64,000 bases of DNA. Origin: Ignavibacteria bacterium (GTDB lineage Bacteria; Bacteroidota; Ignavibacteria; UBA10030). The stretch spans positions 2,592 through 66,591 of the forward strand of contig VGVZ01000008.1 in the NCBI GenBank assembly GCA_016873805.1, written 5' to 3'. Position 1 is the stretch's first letter; each line of letters starts with the position of its first letter. Shown piece after piece: positions 48,237 through 57,902 of the stretch. Both the position numbers and the translations under genes were made by a program. Under the pieces are notes generated by a model. That model had not been told where the DNA came from, made no database searches, and saw only the letters and a program-made list of their open reading frames with translations.

Positions 48237-49295
48237 GTGAATTCCATCGCCCCGAAGAAGATTCTGATCGTCCGCACGGATCGCATCGGCGATGTCGTTC
48301 TTTCCCTCCCGATGATTGATCTCCTCCGGCGCACGTTCCCCGACGCCAGGATCTCTTTTCTCGCACAGGACTATACGGCTAAACTCCTGGTTGGATATCC
48401 GGGGCTCGATCAACTCCTGTTGTATCGAGAAGGGGTTTCCCAGAAGCGGTTCTGGAGGATTCTGGGAGAGCTTCGCCTTGCGTCATTCGATACTGTCGTC
48501 GTTGCCCATCCGACGTTTCGGATTGCTCTGCTGGTGTTTCTCGCGGGAATTCCCATTCGTATCGGAACGGGCTATCGATGGTACTCGTTTCTATTCAACC
48601 GGAGAGTCTTCGAACACCGGAAGACGGCCGAGCGGCATGAAGCGGAGTATAATCTTTCCCTTCTTCGGGTACTCGGTTGCGATGTCGCGCTGTCCCCGCG
48701 GCCAATCCTTCCTCTGCAAAACGCGGTCGCGGCCCGGGTGGACGAGATTCGAGCGCGCCACGGTCTCTCCGGCAACGAAGCGATCATCGTTCTCCATCCC
48801 GGGAGCGGCGGATCAGCTCGTGACTGGCCTCCGGAACGGTTTGGCGAACTCGCGGCAAGACTCTCGGAGGCCGGTTTTCAGGTCGTGATGACCGGCAGTC
48901 GCGGTGAGGAGCATTTAGTCCAGAATGTCGTGGCTGCTTCCGGGAACCGCGCGATATCGCTCGCGGGGGAGTTTTCACTGGATGAACTGGCGTGGTTTCT
49001 CCGAGGTGCACGATTGGTCGTCTCGAATTCGACCGGGCCTCTCCACATCACCGCAGCCCTCGGGGTACCGGTGGTCGCGTTTTATCCTCCGATCCTGGCT
49101 TGCAGTTCGAGGCGGTGGGGGCCGCTTGCGAGCGATAAGGTGATCTTTGAACCTCGAGCGGAAGATTGTCCAAGGTGCAAAGGGGGTAGCTGTCGCGGAG
49201 ACGATTGCATGCGATTGATTGCCGTCGATGACGTCTTCCGGGCGAGTATCCAGCTGTTGAGCCGCGTGACCAACAAGACCGGACAGGTGCCATGA
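48237..49295 (+). CDS. Glycosyltransferase family 9 (ADP-heptose:LPS heptosyltransferase, RfaF/RfaC-like)
   Basis: KKILIVRTDRIGDVVLSLPMIDLLRRTFPDARISFL N-terminus, and the GSGGSARDWP and SNSTGPLHI motifs of GT9. GTG start. Confidence 0.75.
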   Translation: MNSIAPKKILIVRTDRIGDVVLSLPMIDLLRRTFPDARISFLAQDYTAKLLVGYPGLDQLLLYREGVSQKRFWRILGELRLASFDTVVVAHPTFRIALLVFLAGIPIRIGTGYRWYSFLFNRRVFEHRKTAERHEAEYNLSLLRVLGCDVALSPRPILPLQNAVAARVDEIRARHGLSGNEAIIVLHPGSGGSARDWPPERFGELAARLSEAGFQVVMTGSRGEEHLVQNVVAASGNRAISLAGEFSLDELAWFLRGARLVVSNSTGPLHITAALGVPVVAFYPPILACSSRRWGPLASDKVIFEPRAEDCPRCKGGSCRGDDCMRLIAVDDVFRASIQLLSRVTNKTGQVP

Positions 49296-50119
49296 GTCGC
49301 GAATTCTCTTTCGTGAGCTTCATTCTGATGTTCTGCACGCTGATCGGAGTCGCTCAGGTCCCGGGTCCCATGCTCATCCTTCGAGATACGACAGGAACCC
49401 GTCCCGATCTGCGGACGATACCCCAAAACGCCTTTGGTCTCGGTGAACGTCTCGTGTATGACGTTGGCTACAGCTTCATCAAGGCGGGAGAGGCGGTGAT
49501 GACGATTCCGTCCGTTGAGAGAATTCACGGGAGAGATGCCTACCGCGTCGTCTTCACCGTAAATTCCACTCCCACCTTTTCCTTCTTCTTTAAGGTGGAA
49601 GACAAGTATGAGACGATGATGGATGTGGAGGGATTGTTCCCATGGCGATTTTCGCAGAAGATCCGGGAGGGAAATTACAAGAGAGATTTTGAAGCAGAAT
49701 TCGACCAGGTGAACAACATCGCTCGTGCCAACGACAAGGAGTACGCTGTCCCTCCGTATGTTCACGATGTGGTCTCAGCATTCTACTTCACGCGGACACT
49801 CGATTTTTCCAGTATGAGAATCGGATCGAAGATCTCCCTCAACAATTTTTTCAAAGACACGACCCATCCATTGCCCGTCAAGTTTCTCGGCCATCAACAA
49901 ATCTCTGTGCCCGCGGGAGTATTCAACTGTGTGCTGATTGAGCCGTTGATCAAGGAGGGAGGATTGTTCAAGAGCGAAGGACGCGTCATCATCTGGTTGA
50001 CCAATGATGAACGACGCATCCCGGTACGCGTGAGCACAAAAGTGATCATCGGTTCGATCGAGGCGGAGTTGCGGGAATTTTCCGGGATACGGGGCGAAGT
50101 CAAAGCAAAGGTCAGATAG
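49292..50119 (+). CDS. DUF3108 domain-containing secreted protein
   Basis: Signal peptide. The GERLVYDVGYSFIKAGEAVMTI...YRVVF pattern matches DUF3108 as found in Bacteroidota. ATGA overlap with the GT9 gene stop. Confidence 0.5.
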   Translation: MSREFSFVSFILMFCTLIGVAQVPGPMLILRDTTGTRPDLRTIPQNAFGLGERLVYDVGYSFIKAGEAVMTIPSVERIHGRDAYRVVFTVNSTPTFSFFFKVEDKYETMMDVEGLFPWRFSQKIREGNYKRDFEAEFDQVNNIARANDKEYAVPPYVHDVVSAFYFTRTLDFSSMRIGSKISLNNFFKDTTHPLPVKFLGHQQISVPAGVFNCVLIEPLIKEGGLFKSEGRVIIWLTNDERRIPVRVSTKVIIGSIEAELREFSGIRGEVKAKVR

Positions 50120-50127
50120 GTGAACCC

Positions 50128-51096
50128 ATGTCGAAATATACTCAGATCGACCTCTCAAAGATCAAGACGATCTCGATCGCGAAACGAAAAAGCAAAGTGA
50201 ACCCGAAGGACTTCGCTACGGTGGTGTCGGCAGAGACCGCGACGCTGGGCGAGTTCCTTGACTCGATTCCGCGAATCCTTGCGGGACAGGAGCTCAGAGA
50301 CCTCGCGGATGATGTCGTTCGCTCGCGCCGGACAGGGAAGCCGGTGATCCTTCTGATGGGAGCCCACGTGGTCAAGGTGGGGCTTTCTCCGATCGTCAAC
50401 GATCTGATCGCTTTGGGAGTCATTACGCACGTCGCCATGAACAGCGCCGCCGCCATTCACGATGTCGAAAGCGCAATGTGGGGCCATACCTCTGAGGATG
50501 TGGCCGCGAACATTCTGGACGGACGGTTTGGGATGTCGAAAGAAACAGGATCGTTTATCAACGATGCGCTGGCCAAGGGATTTCGTGAATCGTCGGAAGG
50601 ATACGGCGAAACGCTGGCTCGAAAGCTGATCCGGCTGAATGCCCGTCATCGAGAGCTCAGTATTCTCGCGACGTGCTATGATCATTCAATTCCGATTACC
50701 GTCCATGCGGCCATCGGTACCGATATTGTGCACCAACAAGCGACGATGGATGGCGCGGCAACCGGCGAGTTGAGCTTCCGCGATTTCAAGATCCTCGCCT
50801 CCTCGGTAAAAGACCTGATAGGCGGCGGCGTGGTCCTGAATGTCGGTTCGGCGGTGATTCTTCCCGAGGTTTTCCTGAAGGCCCTGACTGTGGCTCGCAA
50901 TCTCGGACACAAGGCGATGGGATTCTCCACGGCCAACTTCGACATGATCCGCCACTATCGTCCCACTGTCAATGTCGTCGAACGCCCAACAAAGCCCTCC
51001 GGCAAAGGGTATACATTGACCGGGCATCATGAAATCATGATTCCGCTGTTCGCCGCGATGATCAAGCAGCGGATGGGAAAAGCCCGCACCCGATGA
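50128..51096 (+). CDS. Deoxyhypusine synthase-like family protein (low-confidence call)
   Basis: A Rossmann-like segment (PVILLMGAHVVKVGLSPIVNDLIALGVITHVAMNSAAAIHDVESAM) and GGGVV...N motif resemble the DHS-like superfamily pattern (…TGASIVDMD… / …GGGVPKN…). Assignment is by recall only. Confidence 0.35.
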   Translation: MSKYTQIDLSKIKTISIAKRKSKVNPKDFATVVSAETATLGEFLDSIPRILAGQELRDLADDVVRSRRTGKPVILLMGAHVVKVGLSPIVNDLIALGVITHVAMNSAAAIHDVESAMWGHTSEDVAANILDGRFGMSKETGSFINDALAKGFRESSEGYGETLARKLIRLNARHRELSILATCYDHSIPITVHAAIGTDIVHQQATMDGAATGELSFRDFKILASSVKDLIGGGVVLNVGSAVILPEVFLKALTVARNLGHKAMGFSTANFDMIRHYRPTVNVVERPTKPSGKGYTLTGHHEIMIPLFAAMIKQRMGKARTR

Positions 51097-52043
51097 TTGA
51101 CACCGACAGACATACTCCAGGGGATTCGTTCGTCGAACGCAATGAGATCAATCCGTTTGTCTTTGCGTTTCTGACACTCTTCATCACGTTCGTTCTCTAC
51201 CAACTCGTCGCAGGGGGACTAACCTATTTGATTGTTGGTGACACCAACATCACGCGCGAGAATGTGGGACGCATCCGGCTTCTGACGATGCTCGGTCAGG
51301 TGTTCTTCATCCTGATTCCCACGCTCTGGTTTGCCCGTCTCCTGAGTTCCGACTGGAAAAACGTCTTCCCGTGGAAACTCCCCAGACTTCCCGAGATGTT
51401 CTTTGCCGTGTTGGGACTCGTCTTCCTTCAGCAGATCTTTCACATCTATCTCTTCTTGCAAGACAGGATACCCCTTCCTGAGTCGTTGAAAAGACTCATC
51501 GATCCGATCAGACAGATGCTGGAGGAGTTGTATCGCACCATCGTGAGCGCTGAATCGGTTCCTGAGTTGCTCTTTGTCTTACTTATCGTCGCGATCGTCC
51601 CGGCAATCGTCGAAGAACTCTTTTTTCGGGGTCTCATCCAGAGCACGTTCGATCGCGTGCTGTCTCCGCTCTGGTCTGCCATTATCGTCGGTTTCATATT
51701 CGGTTTCTATCATCTCAATCCGTTTGCCGTCATTCCGCTGATCGGAATCGGCTGTTACTTCGGACTTCTTCGGTATCGGACCGGCAGTGTCGCGCTTGCC
51801 ATCATCGCACACTTTCTGAATAACGCCCTTGCCGTCACGCTTGTCTATTTCCATCTCGATGATGGAGCGATGTTCCCACCCAGATCGGGTGGCGAGCAGC
51901 CGGAATCTGGCGCCCTCATTGTTCAACTGGTTCTGTTTGTGATGCTCTTCGCCGTAAGCGTGTACGCGTTTTACCGGGTGACTTCGCGAGACGTAGCGAA
52001 CGCGTCTCCGCCGGTGGACACAGGTGTCGTCGAAGGGAGATAG
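51093..52043 (+). CDS. CPBP-family (CAAX/Abi) intramembrane metalloprotease
   Basis: EELFFRGLIQ, FGFYHL and HFLNN motifs in a polytopic membrane protein. ATGA overlap with the upstream gene. Confidence 0.75.
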   Translation: MIDTDRHTPGDSFVERNEINPFVFAFLTLFITFVLYQLVAGGLTYLIVGDTNITRENVGRIRLLTMLGQVFFILIPTLWFARLLSSDWKNVFPWKLPRLPEMFFAVLGLVFLQQIFHIYLFLQDRIPLPESLKRLIDPIRQMLEELYRTIVSAESVPELLFVLLIVAIVPAIVEELFFRGLIQSTFDRVLSPLWSAIIVGFIFGFYHLNPFAVIPLIGIGCYFGLLRYRTGSVALAIIAHFLNNALAVTLVYFHLDDGAMFPPRSGGEQPESGALIVQLVLFVMLFAVSVYAFYRVTSRDVANASPPVDTGVVEGR

Positions 52044-52044
52044 C

Positions 52045-52488
52045 GTGACCTGCGAGTACTGCAACGGGAATGTGAATACGTCCGCCCTCTGCTGCGAGCA
52101 TTGCGGCAGGATCGTTGAGCCTCACGCCACCGGAACGCTTGAGTGTGAACATCATCCGATTCCGGCGATCGGGCTTTGTGTGGTGTGTGCCCGACCGGTT
52201 TGCTCGGATTGCGCAGTCGTACACGACCATCGGATCTTCTGCGGTAGTCCGGAACATCCGAAGCTGTTTGAAGAGTACGAACTTCTCTACATCGCAGAGT
52301 CTGAATTTGAAGTTGATCTCATCCGACGGAACAACCCCGATGCGACACTTCAATTCCGGACGTTTCCGTATTCAGATCACTGGACGCTGGTGTTCGACGG
52401 CAGGATGAACGGAGTGCGATTGTTCGTGCATCGGGAAGCGGCGACCCAGGCGCGTGACTATTTGAAAGCTCGTGACCTCATCGAGTAG
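52045..52488 (+). CDS. Zinc-ribbon / B-box-like zinc-finger / DUF2007-like protein. Paralogue of 7994..8509.
   Basis: CEYC-x9-CCEHCG zinc ribbon, then CEHHP...GLCVVCARPVCSDC...FCGSPEH, then a C-terminal small domain (EFEVDLI...TLVF...VRLFVHREAATQARDYL). The domain order is the same as in the 7994..8509 protein. The start is probably GTG 52045, 2 nt after the CPBP stop; the ORF track uses GTG 52024. Confidence 0.5.
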   Translation: MTCEYCNGNVNTSALCCEHCGRIVEPHATGTLECEHHPIPAIGLCVVCARPVCSDCAVVHDHRIFCGSPEHPKLFEEYELLYIAESEFEVDLIRRNNPDATLQFRTFPYSDHWTLVFDGRMNGVRLFVHREAATQARDYLKARDLIE

Positions 52489-52518
52489 ATCGTCGTCCTC
52501 GTCAATAGGGAGGTTCCT

Positions 52519-53472
52519 GTGACCGAACATCCATTCAAATCTCTCCCGACCCGCATCGCCGTGGCCGCCGTGGGGATCCCTCTCATTCTCTGGCTGACGT
52601 ACGAAGGTGGCTACCACTTTTTTTCCCTGGTCACATTGATCTCAACACTATCGCTCTACGAGTTCTATGTGTTGCAGGAACGACGAGGGAGCTATCCTCT
52701 CAAGACTTTGGGATTGGTGGCTGGCGTTCTTGTGGTGGGGGCGTTTGTTTATCCGAGATTCCATCTCCAGCTCTTCAGGTTTCTGGATGAACGCGGGGTG
52801 CGCCTCGCGATGTTCTCTCCCCTACAATTTCTCCTTGTCGTCCTCGTCCTCTTTCTTCTTGTTATCCTCTTGGTCGAACTGTTTCGGTCGAAGGGTTCTC
52901 CTTCCCATAATCTCGGCGCAACGATTCTTGGCGTCATGATCATCCCCCTCTTTTTTGGCTGCCTGATTGGATTACGGGAAGTGTTTCTGTACGGATTCCC
53001 TGTCCACAAATTCCTCGACGCGTTTCCCATCGGGGTCGAACAACGAATCGTGATGGATCGCTGGGGAGCCTTCACTGTGATTTCTCTCTTTGCCACCATT
53101 TGGATTTGCGATACAGCCGCGTACTTCGTTGGATCGAAATTTGGAAAACATAAGTTGTTCGAGCGGGTGAGTCCGAAAAAGAGCTGGGAGGGAGCAATTG
53201 CAGGATTCATTGTCGCCGTCGCAGCGATGGTCGTCGCGCAGCAGCTGTTCCTACAATACCTCGCCGTCGTCCATGCGGTCGTGATCGGCATGATCATCGG
53301 GAGTTTTGGTCAGGTGGGGGATCTGGTGCAATCGCGATTCAAACGCGATGTGGGGGTGAAAGACTCCTCAGCAATCCTTCCGGGTCACGGGGGAGTATAC
53401 GATCGCTTCGATAGCGTGGTTTTTGTATCCCCCATTGTGTATCTTTATGTGGATTTCATCGTTCTATCGTAG
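52519..53472 (+). CDS. cdsA: Phosphatidate cytidylyltransferase (CDP-diglyceride synthase)
   Basis: C-terminal CTP_transf_1 signature (SPKKSWEGAIAGF...GDLVQSRFKRDVGVKDSSAILPGHGGVYDRFDS). GTG start with a GGGAGG Shine-Dalgarno sequence. Confidence 0.87.
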   Translation: MTEHPFKSLPTRIAVAAVGIPLILWLTYEGGYHFFSLVTLISTLSLYEFYVLQERRGSYPLKTLGLVAGVLVVGAFVYPRFHLQLFRFLDERGVRLAMFSPLQFLLVVLVLFLLVILLVELFRSKGSPSHNLGATILGVMIIPLFFGCLIGLREVFLYGFPVHKFLDAFPIGVEQRIVMDRWGAFTVISLFATIWICDTAAYFVGSKFGKHKLFERVSPKKSWEGAIAGFIVAVAAMVVAQQLFLQYLAVVHAVVIGMIIGSFGQVGDLVQSRFKRDVGVKDSSAILPGHGGVYDRFDSVVFVSPIVYLYVDFIVLS

Positions 53473-53491
53473 GAGGAGAGGTGGAAGCGGG

Positions 53492-54802
53492 ATGAGTGGA
53501 CCAAGAGTCCAGGTCGTGACATTAGGATGTCCGAAGAATCAGGTGGATAGTGAGGTTCTGCTCGCTCAGCTGAAGCTGGGGGATGCAAGCATTGTGCCGG
53601 AAGGGGAGGCCGCGGACGTTACGGTCGTGAACACCTGCGGCTTTATCGAAGCGGCAAAGCGAGAATCGGTTGACGCGATTCTTTTTGCAGTGCGGGATAA
53701 AGAAGCCGGCAGGGTGAAGCAGGTTTTTGTCATGGGGTGCCTCTCTGAGCGATATGCCACTGATCTCTCACGGGAAATTCCGGAAGTCGATGCATTCTTC
53801 GGTTCCCATGAGATCGAATCGGTTGTGAAGCGTACCGGCGTGGATGTTCGGAGGGAGCTTCTTGGCGAGAGGTATCTGACAACACCGCTGCACTTTGCGT
53901 ACATCAAGATCTCCGAGGGGTGCGACCGTCCCTGCTCGTTCTGCGCGATCCCGCTGATGCGCGAAAGCCACGTCTCGAAGCCGCTGGAGATGATCGTCTC
54001 GGAAGCCCGTCGGCTCGCGGAGAAGGGCGTTCGGGAGCTTATGGTGATCGGTCAAGACACGACATACTACGGACTTGATACGTACGGGAGCCGCCGTCTC
54101 CGGGAAGTGCTCGAACTTCTCAGTTCGGATGAGAGACTTCGCTGGATCCGATTGATGTACGCCTACCCCGCGGGATTCCCATTGGAAATTCTCCCGGTGA
54201 TGCGGGAGAGGAAGAATCTCTGCAAATACCTCGACATCCCGCTTCAGCATATCTCGGATCCGGTCTTGAGATCGATGCGCCGCGGGACAACAGGCTCCGA
54301 TATCCGCCGCCTCGTTCAGCAGATCCAGGACGAAGTCCCCGGAATCGCTTTGAGAACGACGCTGATTGTGGGATATCCCAATGAAACTGAAAAGGACTTT
54401 CAGCAGTTATATGATTTTGTGGAGGAGACGAGATTCCACAGACTTGGCGTCTTCACCTATTCCCGCGAAGACGGAACCGCAGCCGACGAGCTCGGGGATC
54501 CGATCCCGGAGGAAGTGAAACTCGAACGCCAGGCTGCGATCATGCAGCTGCAAACAGATATTTCCGAAGAACGGAATCGACAATTGCTCGGAACGGAAAT
54601 CACGGTGCTGATTGACCGTCGCGATGGCGAAACCTTCGTCGGTCGCACGGAATGGGACGCGCCGGAAATCGACCAGGAAGTTTATGTCGAGTCAGATGTT
54701 CCACTGAAGAGCGGATCGTTCTATACTGTCCAGATCACCCGCTCGGAGGACCATGATCTGTTTGGTGTGCCTGTCACGACATCTGTCGCGGTGACACTAT
54801 GA
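53492..54802 (+). CDS. rimO: Ribosomal protein S12 methylthiotransferase
   Basis: MTTase N-domain (VQVVTLGCPKNQVDSE), radical-SAM CxxxCxxC (CDRPCSFC) and a TRAM domain. The start is set at the ATG at 53492. Confidence 0.9.
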   Translation: MSGPRVQVVTLGCPKNQVDSEVLLAQLKLGDASIVPEGEAADVTVVNTCGFIEAAKRESVDAILFAVRDKEAGRVKQVFVMGCLSERYATDLSREIPEVDAFFGSHEIESVVKRTGVDVRRELLGERYLTTPLHFAYIKISEGCDRPCSFCAIPLMRESHVSKPLEMIVSEARRLAEKGVRELMVIGQDTTYYGLDTYGSRRLREVLELLSSDERLRWIRLMYAYPAGFPLEILPVMRERKNLCKYLDIPLQHISDPVLRSMRRGTTGSDIRRLVQQIQDEVPGIALRTTLIVGYPNETEKDFQQLYDFVEETRFHRLGVFTYSREDGTAADELGDPIPEEVKLERQAAIMQLQTDISEERNRQLLGTEITVLIDRRDGETFVGRTEWDAPEIDQEVYVESDVPLKSGSFYTVQITRSEDHDLFGVPVTTSVAVTL

Positions 54803-56100
54803 CGATGAACACTCACAGGTTCCTCTTGTTTGCGACACTGGCACTGCTCTATTCCGGCGCCGAAGCACAAATGCGCAGAACGGTTGCGCCGTTTGAATCC
54901 GTACGGTCCCAGTCGTTCTTCTTCGATGCGATCACGTACGCCGCAGACGATTCTCAGCAATCTCATATAGATTTCTACATTCAGGTCCCGCATCAACAGT
55001 TTCGATTCGTCAAGGAGGGAGATCAGTTCGTTGCGCGCTCCGAAATCGCGATCACGTATCGACGGGAACCTGATGGGGAGTCAAAGGAAGTCGTGTGGAG
55101 CGAGGTCTTTGCCGTCCTGGAGTTCGACCAGACGACGTCACCGAAATACTATCGCCTGATGCGTCGGGGCGTCGATGTATTGCCGGGCAACTATCGGATA
55201 GAGGTCAAGTTTCAGGACCTCGAATCGCGGAAGACATCGACGATCACGCGAACGCTGCACGTCGTCGATTTTTCGCGCGATAGCGTCGGCGTGAGCGACA
55301 TCATGATTGTGAGCCGACTCTCGAATGACGGCGTTCGTTGGAACATCGTGCCGAACATATCCGCGAATATCGCCGAACATTCAGAAGGATTCTTTCTGTA
55401 CTTCGAAATCTACAACCGTACGACTCTCGATTCGGTCACTCTCATCACCACGATCCTCAATGCAAAACAGGAGGTTGTCTACACTGCCAAACAGGAGGAG
55501 CTCCTCAAGGGGAGTAGGACTCAGAGTTTTGTCCGCGTGGTTGATTTTCTCCCCGATCCGGGTGAGTACCGCGTAATCATCGAGGCCCAGCCGCGCGACT
55601 CCGCCATCGGAGCAACGGTATCGACAACCTCGCGTTCGTTTGTGATGCGCCCGAGCGATCTGCCGATCACGATTCAGGATATCGACAAAGCCGTTGAGCA
55701 GTTGATGTACATCGCGCGCGAATCTGAAATGCAGCACATGCGGAACGCCAGGGAGCCGGAGGAAAAACGATCACGCCTCCTCGAGTTCTGGAACAAGCGT
55801 GATCCCGATCCGCAGACACCCCGGAATGAATTGATGGAAGAGTACTATTCGCGCGTTGAGTATGCCAACAAGAACTTCAGTCACTACGTCGAGGGGTGGC
55901 GGACCGACATGGGAATGGTCTATATCCGATTCGGCCCTCCCGAAAATGTCGACAGACATCCCTTCACCACGAACACGCGCCCGTACGAAATCTGGTACTA
56001 TTATCAACTGAATCGGGAGTTCATTTTTGTTGATGAGACCGGGTTCGGCGACTATCGCCTTCGATATCCCACAACGGATTTGTGGGGGAGAATACGCTGA
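54799..56100 (+). CDS. GWxTD domain-containing secreted protein
   Basis: Signal peptide (LLFATLALLYSGAEAQ). The C-terminal GWRTDMGMVYIRFGPPENV...YEIWYY matches the GWxTD domain (TIGR04514-like). ATGA overlap with the rimO stop. Confidence 0.7.
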   Translation: MTMNTHRFLLFATLALLYSGAEAQMRRTVAPFESVRSQSFFFDAITYAADDSQQSHIDFYIQVPHQQFRFVKEGDQFVARSEIAITYRREPDGESKEVVWSEVFAVLEFDQTTSPKYYRLMRRGVDVLPGNYRIEVKFQDLESRKTSTITRTLHVVDFSRDSVGVSDIMIVSRLSNDGVRWNIVPNISANIAEHSEGFFLYFEIYNRTTLDSVTLITTILNAKQEVVYTAKQEELLKGSRTQSFVRVVDFLPDPGEYRVIIEAQPRDSAIGATVSTTSRSFVMRPSDLPITIQDIDKAVEQLMYIARESEMQHMRNAREPEEKRSRLLEFWNKRDPDPQTPRNELMEEYYSRVEYANKNFSHYVEGWRTDMGMVYIRFGPPENVDRHPFTTNTRPYEIWYYYQLNREFIFVDETGFGDYRLRYPTTDLWGRIR

Positions 56101-57902
56101 GGTACAAGTTCGATCTTGCGCATAGAAGAGCCAGAGCCGAATTTCCCTCGCCTGGCTTTTTCCGTTTTTCACTTCTTGTCGCACTCGTTGTGTCATCAAT
56201 CTCGATCACGCGAGCCCAGCACGGGCTTGAAGTGAGGAGCGTTCACATCCATGGACTGCGTGCCATCACAGATTCGGACGCGCTCTTCGCATGGAAGACC
56301 CAAACCGGCACACCCTTTCGAACACCCGACTTCGATTCCGATCTTCAACTCCTGATTTCCAAACTGCGCTACGAAGGATACACCCGAGCCCGGATCGACT
56401 CCGTCACGGTCGATACGGTCGACAAATCGACTCAGATCGCACTTCATCTTTGGCTTCACGAGGGGGAGCGCGCACTGATCGAGTCAATCGAGCTCATCGG
56501 GGATTCCGTGAGCGGCGAAGGATACCGGCGGTGGTTCGCGGAGTCGGCAGCGGGAACAGAATTCAGCGCGCGTCGGCTCGAATCGGAAATCGAGCAATTG
56601 CTTCGCTTCCTGGAGAAGGAGGGATACGCACTCGCCGGCGTCCGCATTGCCGACATCAGGTACGATCACACGGGCGAGCGAAGTACCGTTCGGATCGCCC
56701 TCCGGATCGATCGAGGAAATCGGATTCGGATACGCGGCCTGCGTATCACCGGCAACGCGCGCACGGCGGACAATGTCATAGTGCGTGAGGCGAGAATCGG
56801 CGAGAATCAACTCTTCGAACCTGATCTCCCTCTCCAGGTCAAGAGACGACTTGAGCGGCTGCAGCTGTTTTCCTCTGTTTCGATGCCTGAGGTCCATCTG
56901 CGCCCCGATAGCACGGTGGACCTCCGCGTGGAAGTTCAAGAGGGGAACACAAATCATTTCGACGGCATACTGGGCTATGTTCCCGATCCGCGCCCCGGAC
57001 GCAAGGGATTCTTCACCGGACTGATCGAGGTGAAGTTCCGGAATCTGCTAGGGACCGGAAGAAGACTCGCCGCGCGGTGGCATCGGCTGGACAATCATTC
57101 ACAAGAAATCGATCTCCGGTATCTTGAACCATGGATTGCCTCTCTCCCGCTGGACGGCGAGATTCATCTTGGTCAGCGTATCCAGGACTCAACCTACGTC
57201 CGCCGTCAGTATGGAATGAACCTTTCCGTGATGTTTTCGCAAGATCTCTCGGTGAGTACCTCGATGGAACGGACAGAGGTTGTTCCGGCGGAACGTCTCC
57301 GTCACCTCCAGGGAGAAGGGACGGAGTTGTTCCTTGGTCTCTCCATCCACTACGATTCGAAGGACGATCCGGTCACGCCGCGTGCCGGAGCCCTTTATCA
57401 AACGTCGTACGAAGCAGGCCGAAAGTCGGTTCGACAGCCGGACGGATCGACGGCGCGTGCGTGGACCGACCGGATCACTCTCGATCTCGAGTATTATTTC
57501 TCTCCGGTCGATCGCCAGGTCATCATGGCGGCGCTTCACGGACGAGACTACCGGGCACCGGACATGGCCGCCGGCGATCTGTTTCGGCTAGGGGGAACCA
57601 ACACCTTACGTGGATATCGAGAATCGCAGTTCCTCGGTTCGCGGCTCGCCTGGATCAATCTTGAATATCGCTTGCTCATCGGAGGGCGATCATATGTCGC
57701 CGGATTCGTTGACGGGGGGTATATCTATTCACCTCCGGCTCCACGTTCGGGCCTGAGCCGGCAGGAATTGACCCGACTCGGGTATGGGGTTGGGGTGAGG
57801 CTGGATTCGGCCATCGGACTTCTGCGCATCGGATTGGCATTCGGCAAGGGCGATTCCTTCAACACCGCAAAACTGCATTTTGGACTCATCAATGAATTCT
57901 GA
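56082..57902 (+). CDS. Omp85/BamA/TamA-family outer-membrane protein (POTRA domains plus 16-strand beta-barrel), shorter than canonical BamA
   Basis: Signal peptide (FFRFSLLVALVVSSISITRAQ), POTRA-like repeats, and an Omp85 barrel with the C-terminal aromatic signature (LHFGLINEF). No ATG start. The ORF-track GTG 56082 overlaps the upstream gene; TTG 56115 is an alternative. Confidence 0.72.
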   Translation: MGENTLRYKFDLAHRRARAEFPSPGFFRFSLLVALVVSSISITRAQHGLEVRSVHIHGLRAITDSDALFAWKTQTGTPFRTPDFDSDLQLLISKLRYEGYTRARIDSVTVDTVDKSTQIALHLWLHEGERALIESIELIGDSVSGEGYRRWFAESAAGTEFSARRLESEIEQLLRFLEKEGYALAGVRIADIRYDHTGERSTVRIALRIDRGNRIRIRGLRITGNARTADNVIVREARIGENQLFEPDLPLQVKRRLERLQLFSSVSMPEVHLRPDSTVDLRVEVQEGNTNHFDGILGYVPDPRPGRKGFFTGLIEVKFRNLLGTGRRLAARWHRLDNHSQEIDLRYLEPWIASLPLDGEIHLGQRIQDSTYVRRQYGMNLSVMFSQDLSVSTSMERTEVVPAERLRHLQGEGTELFLGLSIHYDSKDDPVTPRAGALYQTSYEAGRKSVRQPDGSTARAWTDRITLDLEYYFSPVDRQVIMAALHGRDYRAPDMAAGDLFRLGGTNTLRGYRESQFLGSRLAWINLEYRLLIGGRSYVAGFVDGGYIYSPPAPRSGLSRQELTRLGYGVGVRLDSAIGLLRIGLAFGKGDSFNTAKLHFGLINEF

